A DNA stretch of 64,000 nt from an uncultured delta proteobacterium (GTDB lineage Bacteria > Desulfobacterota > Binatia > JACPRU01), in the NCBI GenBank assembly GCA_963745025.1, contig CAVUWD010000011.1, forward strand, positions 608,742 through 672,741. The letters run 5' to 3'. The position numbers and the translations under genes were made by a program. Shown piece by piece: positions 32,462 to 40,923 of this stretch (its first letter is position 1; each line of letters starts with the position of its first letter). Under the pieces are notes generated by a model. It was not told where the DNA came from, did no database searches, and worked only from the letters and a program-made list of their open reading frames with translations.

Positions 32462-33151
32462 ATGAACGTAGAGGAGAGCATCGAGTGTGTTGTGGCAAAA
32501 CCGGGCGTTGACGGCGCGGACGCCGCGATGGAGCGCTACTCCAAGGGTGACGAGGTTGCGTTTGCCGAATTGTACGATGCGATTACGCCGCGCCTGCTTG
32601 GCTTCTTACGCAAAGCCACGCGGGATGACGTCGCTGCGGAGGACCTGATGCAACAGACGCTCCTGCAGATTCACCGGGGGCGTGGGTCATTCATACCGGG
32701 CGCCCGGGTGATGCCGTGGGCCTATGCGATCGCGCGGCGATTGATGATCGACAGCGCTCGGCGGCGCCGCGTGGAGCGGCGCCTATTCTCGGAGGCTTCG
32801 GCCGACGACGATCGGATGACGTACGAACCGACCGCAGCGATGGCTGCCGCCGACGATCTCTTGCACGCGCGCCGCCTGGAGGGGCGCGTCCGGCAGCGAC
32901 TTGATGCCCTCCCCGAGGCCCAGCGCACCGCGTATCAACTTCTCCAGCAGGAAGGCCTGAGCCTCAAAGAAGCAGCGGAAGTATTGGGAACGTCAGTGGC
33001 CGCCGTGAAGCTGCGAGCACATCGCGCCTACGAGGCTTTGCGTGCCGTGCTTCGGTACGAAACCCGGCCGCAAGAGTTTTCTCCGTCAGAGAACTCAGTC
33101 AACCCGTCGATCTCAGTCGCGATCCGAAACTTTCGCCCGATCCATCCGTAA
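32462..33151 (+). CDS. ECF sigma factor, copy A (rearranged 3' end, no anti-sigma)
   Basis: AEDLMQQTLLQIHR, PWAYAIARRL, LPEAQR...VKLRAHRAY. Matches 57338-57949 until ALRAV, then reads into unrelated promoter DNA. Confidence 0.85.
   Translation: MNVEESIECVVAKPGVDGADAAMERYSKGDEVAFAELYDAITPRLLGFLRKATRDDVAAEDLMQQTLLQIHRGRGSFIPGARVMPWAYAIARRLMIDSARRRRVERRLFSEASADDDRMTYEPTAAMAAADDLLHARRLEGRVRQRLDALPEAQRTAYQLLQQEGLSLKEAAEVLGTSVAAVKLRAHRAYEALRAVLRYETRPQEFSPSENSVNPSISVAIRNFRPIHP
33126..33151 (+). promoter_or_regulatory. ECF-type promoter of the secreted protein, copy A
   Basis: GAAAC-N16-CGTAA; the same motif is at 57240-57265 (-) and 57310-57335 (+). Confidence 0.6.
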
Positions 33152-33221
33152 TCAGTAGCCGAGCGGCACTTTCGCCGCCCTGGACTCAAAACCGGCGCAC
33201 GCAGCGCCAAAGGAGAATTGT

Positions 33222-33815
33222 ATGAAGACTTCCGAAAAGTTCGCACGTCCGCCCACGCTCCTCTTCGCCGGCGTGGCTGCTCTCACCCTGGCCGTAGCGG
33301 TCGCAAGACCGCCGCTGGCCTCAGCGAACGACGCGGCGCACCCTGCCGACGTCGAGAAGCTGGAGCTGACCCCATCCTCTGCGCAGCTGGCAGAGTGTAT
33401 GCCCGACGCCACGCTGGACGTCAGGGTGGAACTCGACACCGAAAAGGCCGGCTTCGACAGGTTCCAGATCCTTGCCAAAAACCTGCCCCCCAACCGAGAC
33501 TACGCGGTCTTCTTGCTTGAGCAGGCCGGAGCGCCGTTCGGCGCGGCCGAGTACATCGGCGACTTCAGCACCAACGAGCACGGAAACGGCCAGAACACTT
33601 TCAAGTTGATCGTCCAGGAGGCCTTCTCGTCCACGCTCGTCGACGGCCACCGCGTGCGCGTCGATCTCAACCAGGTCGGCGTCTGGTTCGCCGACCCGGC
33701 GGGCGATGACTTCTGTCTCGGGGCCAACAGCCCCGTTACGCCGTTCGACGGAGACAACGAGGCGGGTGTCCAGGCCTTCAACTCTGCCAACACCGACGCG
33801 CTTCCTGCCCCGTAG
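33222..33815 (+). CDS. Secreted hypothetical protein, copy A
   Basis: SD AAGGAG, signal peptide, acidic beta-rich body with two Cys; frame conserved in copy 56576-57169. Confidence 0.8.
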   Translation: MKTSEKFARPPTLLFAGVAALTLAVAVARPPLASANDAAHPADVEKLELTPSSAQLAECMPDATLDVRVELDTEKAGFDRFQILAKNLPPNRDYAVFLLEQAGAPFGAAEYIGDFSTNEHGNGQNTFKLIVQEAFSSTLVDGHRVRVDLNQVGVWFADPAGDDFCLGANSPVTPFDGDNEAGVQAFNSANTDALPAP

Positions 33816-34040
33816 CCGCAATGTCCCCCAATCTGGGAGCGCCCGGCTGGGCCATCTTTGGAAAAGCAGGGCGGCAGGCCGTGTCAGCTGGGAGCCACTA
33901 TATCGCCAAAGAGGTTTTCCCAAGCTGGCCGTCCCTGCCGCCCTGCGTTGAGCTTCCGCCCGGACTGCCGGGCTAGCCGCACCACTCTTGGGAAGCGATC
34001 GGAATATTCCCTTTTCAGGACGTAAACGAGAGGAGAAATT

Positions 34041-35510
34041 GTGATGAGAACACCGACTACAAGCCTGAGGCGCAACGCGCGTTTCGCATGGCTGCTGAGC
34101 GTGATCGGCGGCACGATCTTGATTCCGTCGGTGGCACGCGCGAAGCACCAGCAACTCCCACCCCCGTGTCACTCCAACCCCGACGCGAGCCGCGACACGG
34201 AGAGCGTACGCAATCGAAAGGACGTCAAGTCGCTACCCGACCCGCTCCGCGATCGGCTCGGCGAACTGGCCAGGCGACCGCACAGTGTCCTCCCCGTCCA
34301 GGCCTTCGCCGAAGCGGATCACCCGAGCCAACTCTTCCAATATTACTTGCTGGACACGACCGGCTTCGAGGCGAACCCGTTCACGCACCTCTTTCCCGGG
34401 TTGAACGACCAAGTGATGCTGACGGCGGCAGGATCAAATTGCGGTCTGCCGACCATCGGCAGCGTACGCGAGGTGCTCGAGCCGAAGCCGGACCTGCCAA
34501 CCGACCCCAACGACGTCCGCGCCTTCATCGACGTGTTCACGGACATCGACAGCCTCTTCGTCATCAACAACGAGAGCGGCTGGTACGAGGGATGGATGAT
34601 TCACGATCTGACCGTGCCGGAAGTCGGCCCGCCGCGGGCGGACGGACATGCGCAGTTTGGGCAGTTGGAGCAAGCCGATGCCGACGCTCTCAAGGCCGTC
34701 GGCGGCGGCAACAACGTGCATGGGCACGTCTTCACCGTGGACGGTGAAGCGCCTCGTCTGCCGAGCGCTTCGGATCACTTCCCCGACACGCAGACGAACG
34801 TCGTGCCCATCCAGCTCAGCATGGGCGCGTACAACTGCTTGCAGCAGAGCGATTGCCACTCTTACTGGGAGTTCAACTACACGACGAACTGGATCCATCC
34901 GCTCTACGAGTTACCGTTCACGGGAGGGATTCCCGGCACCTTCGAGGCCGGCCAGATCGGGGCGCTCTCGTCGCTGATTCCCGGGTCGGGGCCGCATGGG
35001 ATCAAGAACGATCCGGTGACATACGGTGACGATCCGAATACGAAAGGCGAGATCCAAGGCGTCGGCCCGCGCGACCCGGACCGCTTCGACGGCGACGACG
35101 ATGCGCAGCGGGAGTTCCGCATGCGCTTCATTCCGAGCGGTCTCGCCAACGAGATCTTCCTGGACGTCTACGAGCGGCCGGTCTCGTTCGATCCGGGCGT
35201 GACGGACTTCGCGACGCGGCTCTTCGATGCCTACGCCGCCGAGGTCGCTCGCGTGGATCAGGACCATGACGGCGTAATCTCAGCGGTCGAAGGCGACGTG
35301 GACACGCCAACCGACGGGTTCGCGGACAACGCGCGGCTGTTTCTCCCGGCCACGGCGTTCGAACGCTTCGCCGTGACCCGCGAGATCAACGATGGGATGC
35401 TGGCGCCGCGGTTCGCGCCGAGCCAGCGTGCCTGGGTGCTTTCCGGAAGCCTCGTTCCGGTTCAGCCCGCCGCGCCGGCGTCCACGGGGCGCGACGGCGA
35501 CGACCGCTAG
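34041..35510 (+). CDS. Secreted acidic hypothetical protein with EF-hand-like motif, copy A
   Basis: SD GAGGAG, signal peptide (ARA), DQDHDGVISAVE loop; second copy at 61132-62590. Confidence 0.8.
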   Translation: MMRTPTTSLRRNARFAWLLSVIGGTILIPSVARAKHQQLPPPCHSNPDASRDTESVRNRKDVKSLPDPLRDRLGELARRPHSVLPVQAFAEADHPSQLFQYYLLDTTGFEANPFTHLFPGLNDQVMLTAAGSNCGLPTIGSVREVLEPKPDLPTDPNDVRAFIDVFTDIDSLFVINNESGWYEGWMIHDLTVPEVGPPRADGHAQFGQLEQADADALKAVGGGNNVHGHVFTVDGEAPRLPSASDHFPDTQTNVVPIQLSMGAYNCLQQSDCHSYWEFNYTTNWIHPLYELPFTGGIPGTFEAGQIGALSSLIPGSGPHGIKNDPVTYGDDPNTKGEIQGVGPRDPDRFDGDDDAQREFRMRFIPSGLANEIFLDVYERPVSFDPGVTDFATRLFDAYAAEVARVDQDHDGVISAVEGDVDTPTDGFADNARLFLPATAFERFAVTREINDGMLAPRFAPSQRAWVLSGSLVPVQPAAPASTGRDGDDR

Positions 35511-35677
35511 CTTTGGATCGTGATCCTCATGGCCGGCCGGCGATGTACAACGTCGGCCGGCCACCACCGAGCAAGAGAGGGACATCGACAATGGAGAGAA
35601 CACGAGAAGGGACGGGCCGCGAGGCTCGCCGCGACGAAAACCAAACTTCCGCAAATCGACTTAGGGGGAACTAGGCC

Positions 35678-36823
35678 ATGACACTCGACAAGAAATTCGC
35701 CGCTCTGATTACCTCGCTCGTATTGATGGCTGCCACCTCTGGCTACGCGCGCGCGGCGGGGTACGTGCAGTCCAACCTGGTTTCAGACATACCCGGGCTC
35801 GCGCAATTTACCGATCCCACGCTGCTCAATCCGTGGGGCATCGCGTTCTTCCCCGGCAACCCTTTGTGGGTCAACGACAACAATGCGGGGCTGTCTGCCC
35901 TCTACGACGGTCTGGGAGTTCCGTTTCCCGGACTGCCGCAGGTCACCATCCCGGCGCCAATCAGCGCCACCGGTGGAACTCCGACCGGAATCGTCGCCAA
36001 CTTTTTTGTCGGCAGCGGGGCCTTCGCAATCCCCAACCCGCCGACCGGCAACTTCGGTCCGGCGCTATTCATCTTCTCCACCGAGGACGGCACCATCGAG
36101 GCATGGAACATCGCGGGGTTCCCTAGCCCCGGCAGCCCTGGCATCCCCAATCCGCTTACTGCCGTGATCGTCGTGGACAACTCGGCGGGCGGTGGACCCA
36201 CCGGCGCCGTTTACAAGGGGCTCGCGCTCGAGGCGAACACGGCCAACGGACCGCTTCTCTATGCGGCCAATTTCCGCACCGGCAATATCGATGTCTTCGA
36301 CACCAATTTCCATCAGGTAACTCTGAGCGGTTCATTCGCCGACCCGAACGTGCAGCACGGATACGCGCCCTTCGGCATTCAGGATGTCAACGGCGAGCTC
36401 TGGGTGACCTACGCGATGCAGGATAAGGCGAAACATGACCCGGTCAACAAGCCGGCGCATGGCTTCGTCAGTGTGTTCGACACCGACGGCAACCTCCTCC
36501 AGCACTTTGCCCAGCACGGGCACCTGGACTCGCCATGGGGTGTGGCGCTGGCGCCGGCGAGCTTCGGCCGATTCGCCAACGACATCCTGATCGGGAATTT
36601 TGGCAACGGCAAGATCAACGCGTATGATCCGGCGACCGGCCACTGGCTGGGAACGGTTTCCGGACCCGACGGCAAGCCCCTCATCAATGACGGATTGTGG
36701 TCGCTAACGTTCAGCGGTCCGAGCGGCCTGACGCCGCTCGGCGCTACGCCCGACACACTGTACTTCACGGCGGGGCTGAACGACGAGGCAGACGGACTCT
36801 TCGGCACGATCTCGCCGAATTAG
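35678..36823 (+). CDS. TIGR03118-family secreted protein, copy A
   Basis: YVQSNLVSD, LLNPWGIA, PTGIVAN, FIFSTEDGTI, AVYKGLA, YAPFGIQ, LDSPWG, LYFTAGLNDEADGLFG. Confidence 0.9.
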   Translation: MTLDKKFAALITSLVLMAATSGYARAAGYVQSNLVSDIPGLAQFTDPTLLNPWGIAFFPGNPLWVNDNNAGLSALYDGLGVPFPGLPQVTIPAPISATGGTPTGIVANFFVGSGAFAIPNPPTGNFGPALFIFSTEDGTIEAWNIAGFPSPGSPGIPNPLTAVIVVDNSAGGGPTGAVYKGLALEANTANGPLLYAANFRTGNIDVFDTNFHQVTLSGSFADPNVQHGYAPFGIQDVNGELWVTYAMQDKAKHDPVNKPAHGFVSVFDTDGNLLQHFAQHGHLDSPWGVALAPASFGRFANDILIGNFGNGKINAYDPATGHWLGTVSGPDGKPLINDGLWSLTFSGPSGLTPLGATPDTLYFTAGLNDEADGLFGTISPN

Positions 36824-37045
36824 CCGAGCTGTATTTGAGCCATGTCCAGCGAGAGTAAGCGCGTGCTCGATTCGCTTCCCTGGTCCTTGGATGCGGGTAA
36901 GCTCGCGGGCGTAGGGATCGGTTCTCATAAAAATCTCATTTCCAAGCGACGATCACGGCCGCGCGACGCGGTAGTGTCCGGCCATCACGCTCGGCATGTC
37001 GCCGAGCAGAGCCGCGGCGCAGACGCGCCGGAAAGGGAGACTGCA

Positions 37046-37270
37046 ATGCCTCTAGTCAACGTGAAGGTGATCGAGGGTGTGTTTGACGAGAACCAAAAGC
37101 GAGCGATGGTGGAGAAGCTGACCGACGCGATGGTGGCCGTGGAAGGAGAGAACCTGCGGCCCGTGACATGGGTGGTCATCGAAGAGGTCCGGGGCGGCGA
37201 CTGGGCGATCGGCGGCAAGCCGCTCGCAGCGCGGGACGTCAAGGCCCTCGCCGCGGGGCGCGCCGCGTAA
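37046..37270 (+). CDS. 4-oxalocrotonate tautomerase family protein, copy A
   Basis: MPLVNVKVIEG (Pro-1), VVIEEV...DWAIGG; SD AGGGAG. Confidence 0.9.
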   Translation: MPLVNVKVIEGVFDENQKRAMVEKLTDAMVAVEGENLRPVTWVVIEEVRGGDWAIGGKPLAARDVKALAAGRAA

Positions 37271-37312
37271 AGTGCAAGACATGCAGAACGTGCCGAGCGG
37301 CGTCGCACTGGG

Positions 37313-39817
37313 ATGCCGCTCGGCTCCGCCCATGATAAGGTTTCGCAGCGGATGGCGACGCGCCTGAATCAGCTCCTCGAATCTCGGGCCGCCGACGCCT
37401 TCGTCGGCCGCAGCGCCGAGCTCTCGCTGCTCGACACCGTCTTCGCCGAAGCGGGTCCGCTGGTCGTGCACATCCATGGCATCGGCGGCGTCGGCAAGAC
37501 GGCGCTTCTCGATGCATTCGCGCGCCGCGCCCGGCGCTTGCGCTCTACCGCATTGCTGCGCCTCGATTGCCGCGGCGTCGAGCCCACCGAGCGCGGCTTG
37601 GTACACGCGGTCGCATTGATCCTCGGCGCGCGGGTGAAAGCGCTCGGCGGATTGACGGGGAGGATGCGCCGCCTCGGTAAACGGGTCGTGCTGGCGCTCG
37701 ACAACTACGAGGTCTTCCGACTGGCGGACACATGGATTCGACAGTCGTTCGTACCCGCGTTGCCCGACAATGCGCGGCTGGTGCTCGCGGGGCGTCAACC
37801 GGCGGTTTCGGCTTGGAGCACCGCGCCCGAATGGGCGGGGCTCTTTTGTAGCATCGCGCTGCGGCCGTTGAACGAGACGGAAGCCGGCGAGCTGTTGCGT
37901 CGCATCGGCGTCTCGACATCGGACGCCGGACGCATCAACCGATTCGCGCGAGGCCATCCGCTGGCCTTGAAGCTCGCCGCTCAGACCTTCGAGCGCGCGT
38001 CGGCAGCGGACGTCGAAGGAGTTGCCGCGCATGGCGTCGTCGAACAGCTCGTGCGCCGCTACCTCGCCGACATCGACGATCCGCAAACGCTCGAGGCGCT
38101 GAACGCCGCCGCGGTCGTGCGCCGGACGACGCGTTCCTTGCTGCGGGCGATGTTGCCTGCCGGCGCCGGCGACGAAGGCTTCGAGCGATTGGCGTCATTG
38201 CCTTTCGTCGAGCACGACCGAGACGGCTTGTTTATCCACGAAGCGGTACGCTCCGCCGTCGCGGCCGCGCTGCGCTCCAGCGATCCGGCCGTCTACCGGG
38301 CGCGTCGCCGCGCCGCGTGGCGGCAGCTTCGCACGGAAGTCCGGTCGGCCGGTTTAGCGGAGCTGTGGCGCTATACCGCCGATCTCCTGTACCTGATCGA
38401 GAATCCGATCGTGCGCGACGCGTTCTTCCCGAGCGAAGCGCACCGTCTGATCGTCGAGCCCGCTCGCCGCGAGGACAGCCCGTCGATCGAAGCGATCATC
38501 GATCGCCACGAGAGCGGGGAGGGCGCGGCCGCGCTGAGACTCTGGTGGAGAGCGCTGCCGACGGCCTTCCACGTCGTGCGCGACGGCAGCGGCACGCCAT
38601 GCGGCTTCTACTGCATGTTCGAGCGCGCCGCGCTCGACCGCTGGAGCCCGTCTCAAGACGACCCGCTCGTCCGCCAGTGGCTGGCACACGAGCGGTCCAT
38701 GCCCACGGACTCGAGCCAGCGTACGCTCTTCCTTCGACGCTGGCTCGCCGACCAGGAGGGAGAATGCCCCTCGGCGGTTCAAGCCGCTTGCTTCCTCGAC
38801 ATCAAACGCACGTACATGGAGCTACGGCCGCGGCTTCGCCGCGTGTACACGACGTTCTGCGACGAGAGCGCCTGGCGGGATCGGCTCCAGAAGCTCGCCT
38901 TTCGTGTGCTTCCGGAATGCGGCGTCGCGTTCGGCGCAACTCGCTATCATTCCGCGCTGCTCGACTTCGGGCCGGACTCGGTCGACGGCTGGCTGTCCGC
39001 GTTCGCGGCCGACGAGCTCGGCGTCGAGGAAAGCGATCTCGTCGACGCGGACGGTCGGCGCCTGAAGGCCGACGGCCGCTACGCGGCGCTGACCCGACTC
39101 GAGTCCCAAGTGCTTCAGTTTCTGATGCATCGCCAAGGAAGCGCGGTTTCGCGCGACACCTTGCGCAAAGAGGTCTGGGGCCACCGCGGCGACGGCGCCA
39201 GCAACGTCGTCGACGTAATCATCCGATCGCTGCGGAAGAAGCTCGGTCCGCGAGCATCGACGATCGAGACGGTGAGCGGCGTCGGTTACCGGTTCTGCCC
39301 CGAGCGCATGCTCGCCACTCTATTGTTCGTCGACATCGTTCGCTCGACCGAACGGGCCGTGGCGCTCGGCGACGCCCGCTGGCGCGCCTTGCTCGACCGA
39401 TTCCACGGGGTGGCGCGGGCACGGATCACGGAGTTCGGCGGAGACGTCGTGCAGACCGTCGGCGACGGCATGCTCGCGAGGTTCGAGGCACCGGCCGCAG
39501 CGCTGCGCGCGGCTTGTGCAATCCGCGACGCGGTGGCTCCTCTCGGCATCGTCACGCGAGCGGGCGTGCATACGGGGGAATGCGAGATCATCGGCGACAG
39601 CTTCGCCGGGATCTCCGTCCACGTCGCCGCGCGCATCGCGGCGACGGCCCGGCCCGGCGAGGTTCTCGCCTCGACGACGGTGCGGGACCTGGTCGCGGGC
39701 TCCGGCTTGCGCCTGGCCGAACGCGGGCTCCACCGCCTCAAGGGCGTTCCCGGCCCGCAGCGTCTCGTCGCGCTCGCAAAACCTCGCCGCCTTGCCAAAC
39801 CTCGCAAGCGCGCGTAG
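37313..39817 (+). CDS. STAND ATPase - winged helix - class III adenylate/guanylate cyclase fusion, copy A
   Basis: FVGRSAEL, GIGGVGKT, ARGHPLAL; LTRLE...SNVVDVIIRSLRKKLG...TVSGVGYRF; LFVDIVRST, TVGDG, GVHTGE, VHVAARI. Confidence 0.88.
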   Translation: MPLGSAHDKVSQRMATRLNQLLESRAADAFVGRSAELSLLDTVFAEAGPLVVHIHGIGGVGKTALLDAFARRARRLRSTALLRLDCRGVEPTERGLVHAVALILGARVKALGGLTGRMRRLGKRVVLALDNYEVFRLADTWIRQSFVPALPDNARLVLAGRQPAVSAWSTAPEWAGLFCSIALRPLNETEAGELLRRIGVSTSDAGRINRFARGHPLALKLAAQTFERASAADVEGVAAHGVVEQLVRRYLADIDDPQTLEALNAAAVVRRTTRSLLRAMLPAGAGDEGFERLASLPFVEHDRDGLFIHEAVRSAVAAALRSSDPAVYRARRRAAWRQLRTEVRSAGLAELWRYTADLLYLIENPIVRDAFFPSEAHRLIVEPARREDSPSIEAIIDRHESGEGAAALRLWWRALPTAFHVVRDGSGTPCGFYCMFERAALDRWSPSQDDPLVRQWLAHERSMPTDSSQRTLFLRRWLADQEGECPSAVQAACFLDIKRTYMELRPRLRRVYTTFCDESAWRDRLQKLAFRVLPECGVAFGATRYHSALLDFGPDSVDGWLSAFAADELGVEESDLVDADGRRLKADGRYAALTRLESQVLQFLMHRQGSAVSRDTLRKEVWGHRGDGASNVVDVIIRSLRKKLGPRASTIETVSGVGYRFCPERMLATLLFVDIVRSTERAVALGDARWRALLDRFHGVARARITEFGGDVVQTVGDGMLARFEAPAAALRAACAIRDAVAPLGIVTRAGVHTGECEIIGDSFAGISVHVAARIAATARPGEVLASTTVRDLVAGSGLRLAERGLHRLKGVPGPQRLVALAKPRRLAKPRKRA

Positions 39818-40012
39818 TCGCAGCCGGCGACCCGGGTCCGGCGGGGGGCAGAGCGGGAGTGGGGGCGTCTGATATCCGACCGTTGTGTAGTTAGGCTGGC
39901 AGGCCGCAGGTGGGAAAGCGAAACATCTTCGCAAAACGCAAAGAAGTTACGGACAACGAATCTATCCTCGGCGCTACGCTGGCAGCCACGGTTCGCGGTG
40001 AGCGAGCGGGCG

Positions 40013-40510
40013 ATGCAGTTTGGAATATTTGGGGGCGCCCAAGCCGAGAGCCTGCGCCCCGGCGCGGTCATGGGGCAGGGCTTCCATGATTTCATCGACT
40101 TCAACGTCGAGGCTGAGGCGTTGGGGTATCACAGCACGTTTCTGGTCGAGCACCACTTCACCGGCTGGCATCAGGTGTCGGCCACGCTGACCTTGCTCAC
40201 CTGGCTCGCGGCGCGCACCCGCACGCTCCGCCTCGGCACCGCCGTGATGGTGCTGCCTTGGCACAATCCGGTTATCCTTGCCGAACAGGCCGCGACGCTT
40301 GATCTCATGTCCGACGGCCGGCTCGATTTCGGAGTCGGCAAGGGGTACAGGCACAGCGAGAGCGTCGACCCCTCGACCTACTACTTCCGGACCACGCCCC
40401 GGTTCGAGACCGGGCACCCGAAGTACGCGTTCTTGAATCGCCTCCTCGCCGTATCGAGGGGCGATAGGCGCGCCGAGGGCCCCATCTACACGATCGACGA
40501 GATTCTATGA
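40013..40510 (+). pseudogene. In-frame chimera: LLM-class flavin monooxygenase N-terminus + DUF3237 C-terminus
   Basis: AEALGY...VEHHF...RLGTAV...AEQAATLD..SDGRLDFGVGKGY joined to VDPSTYYFRTTPRFETGHPKYAFLN. Confidence 0.75.
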
Positions 40511-40517
40511 GGCCCCC

Positions 40518-40750
40518 GTGGACGCTCGACGAAGAGACGTTCTCAAGCTTGCTGCGTTCGCGACGCTGACTGGATTCGGCCACGTGCCCCTCGCGGCTTC
40601 CTCTCCACCACCCGCCGACAGGAGAGCTGCCATGCGATTGCGTCCCCTGATGACACTTCGTCTGAACACGGCACCCACGCAAAACGTCGGCGCCGGACCT
40701 CACGGCACGCGCGTCACGTTTCCGATCACCGGCGGTTCGTTCGAAGGAGA
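40518..40750 (+). pseudogene. Tat-signal DUF3237 protein, N-terminal fragment
   Basis: RRDVLK twin-arginine signal; VGAGPHGTRVTFPITGGSFEG, then similarity is lost. Confidence 0.65.
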
Positions 40751-40923
40751 TGGTGAAGCGTTTGGAGCAGATAGCGCGCGACTTCGTCGAACCCGAAGCC
40801 AAGCTGTGATCGCCTTCCATTTTCGGTAGGCCATAGCGAGATCGGCAAAAGAGGCGTATCGTCCGTAAAGCCGCCAGCGACGTCGGCACGTTTGTCCGCA
40901 ACGACGTCCTCGAGGAATCGACC

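Larger units (their letters stand above)
36919..39835 (+). repeat. 2917-bp near-identical inverted repeat, arm 1
   Basis: Coordinates pair with 56165-53249 (sum 93084 throughout); only a few substitutions seen. Confidence 0.92.

Noticed and set aside
37313-39817. Anti-phage system (Avs/Pycsar/CBASS) suggested by STAND ATPases, cyclases and cNMP domains
   Set aside because: The STAND proteins carry wHTH/cyclase signalling domains, not nuclease/TIR/Sir2 effectors; the cNMP domains are fused to metabolic proteins and are not in cyclase-effector two-gene operons.
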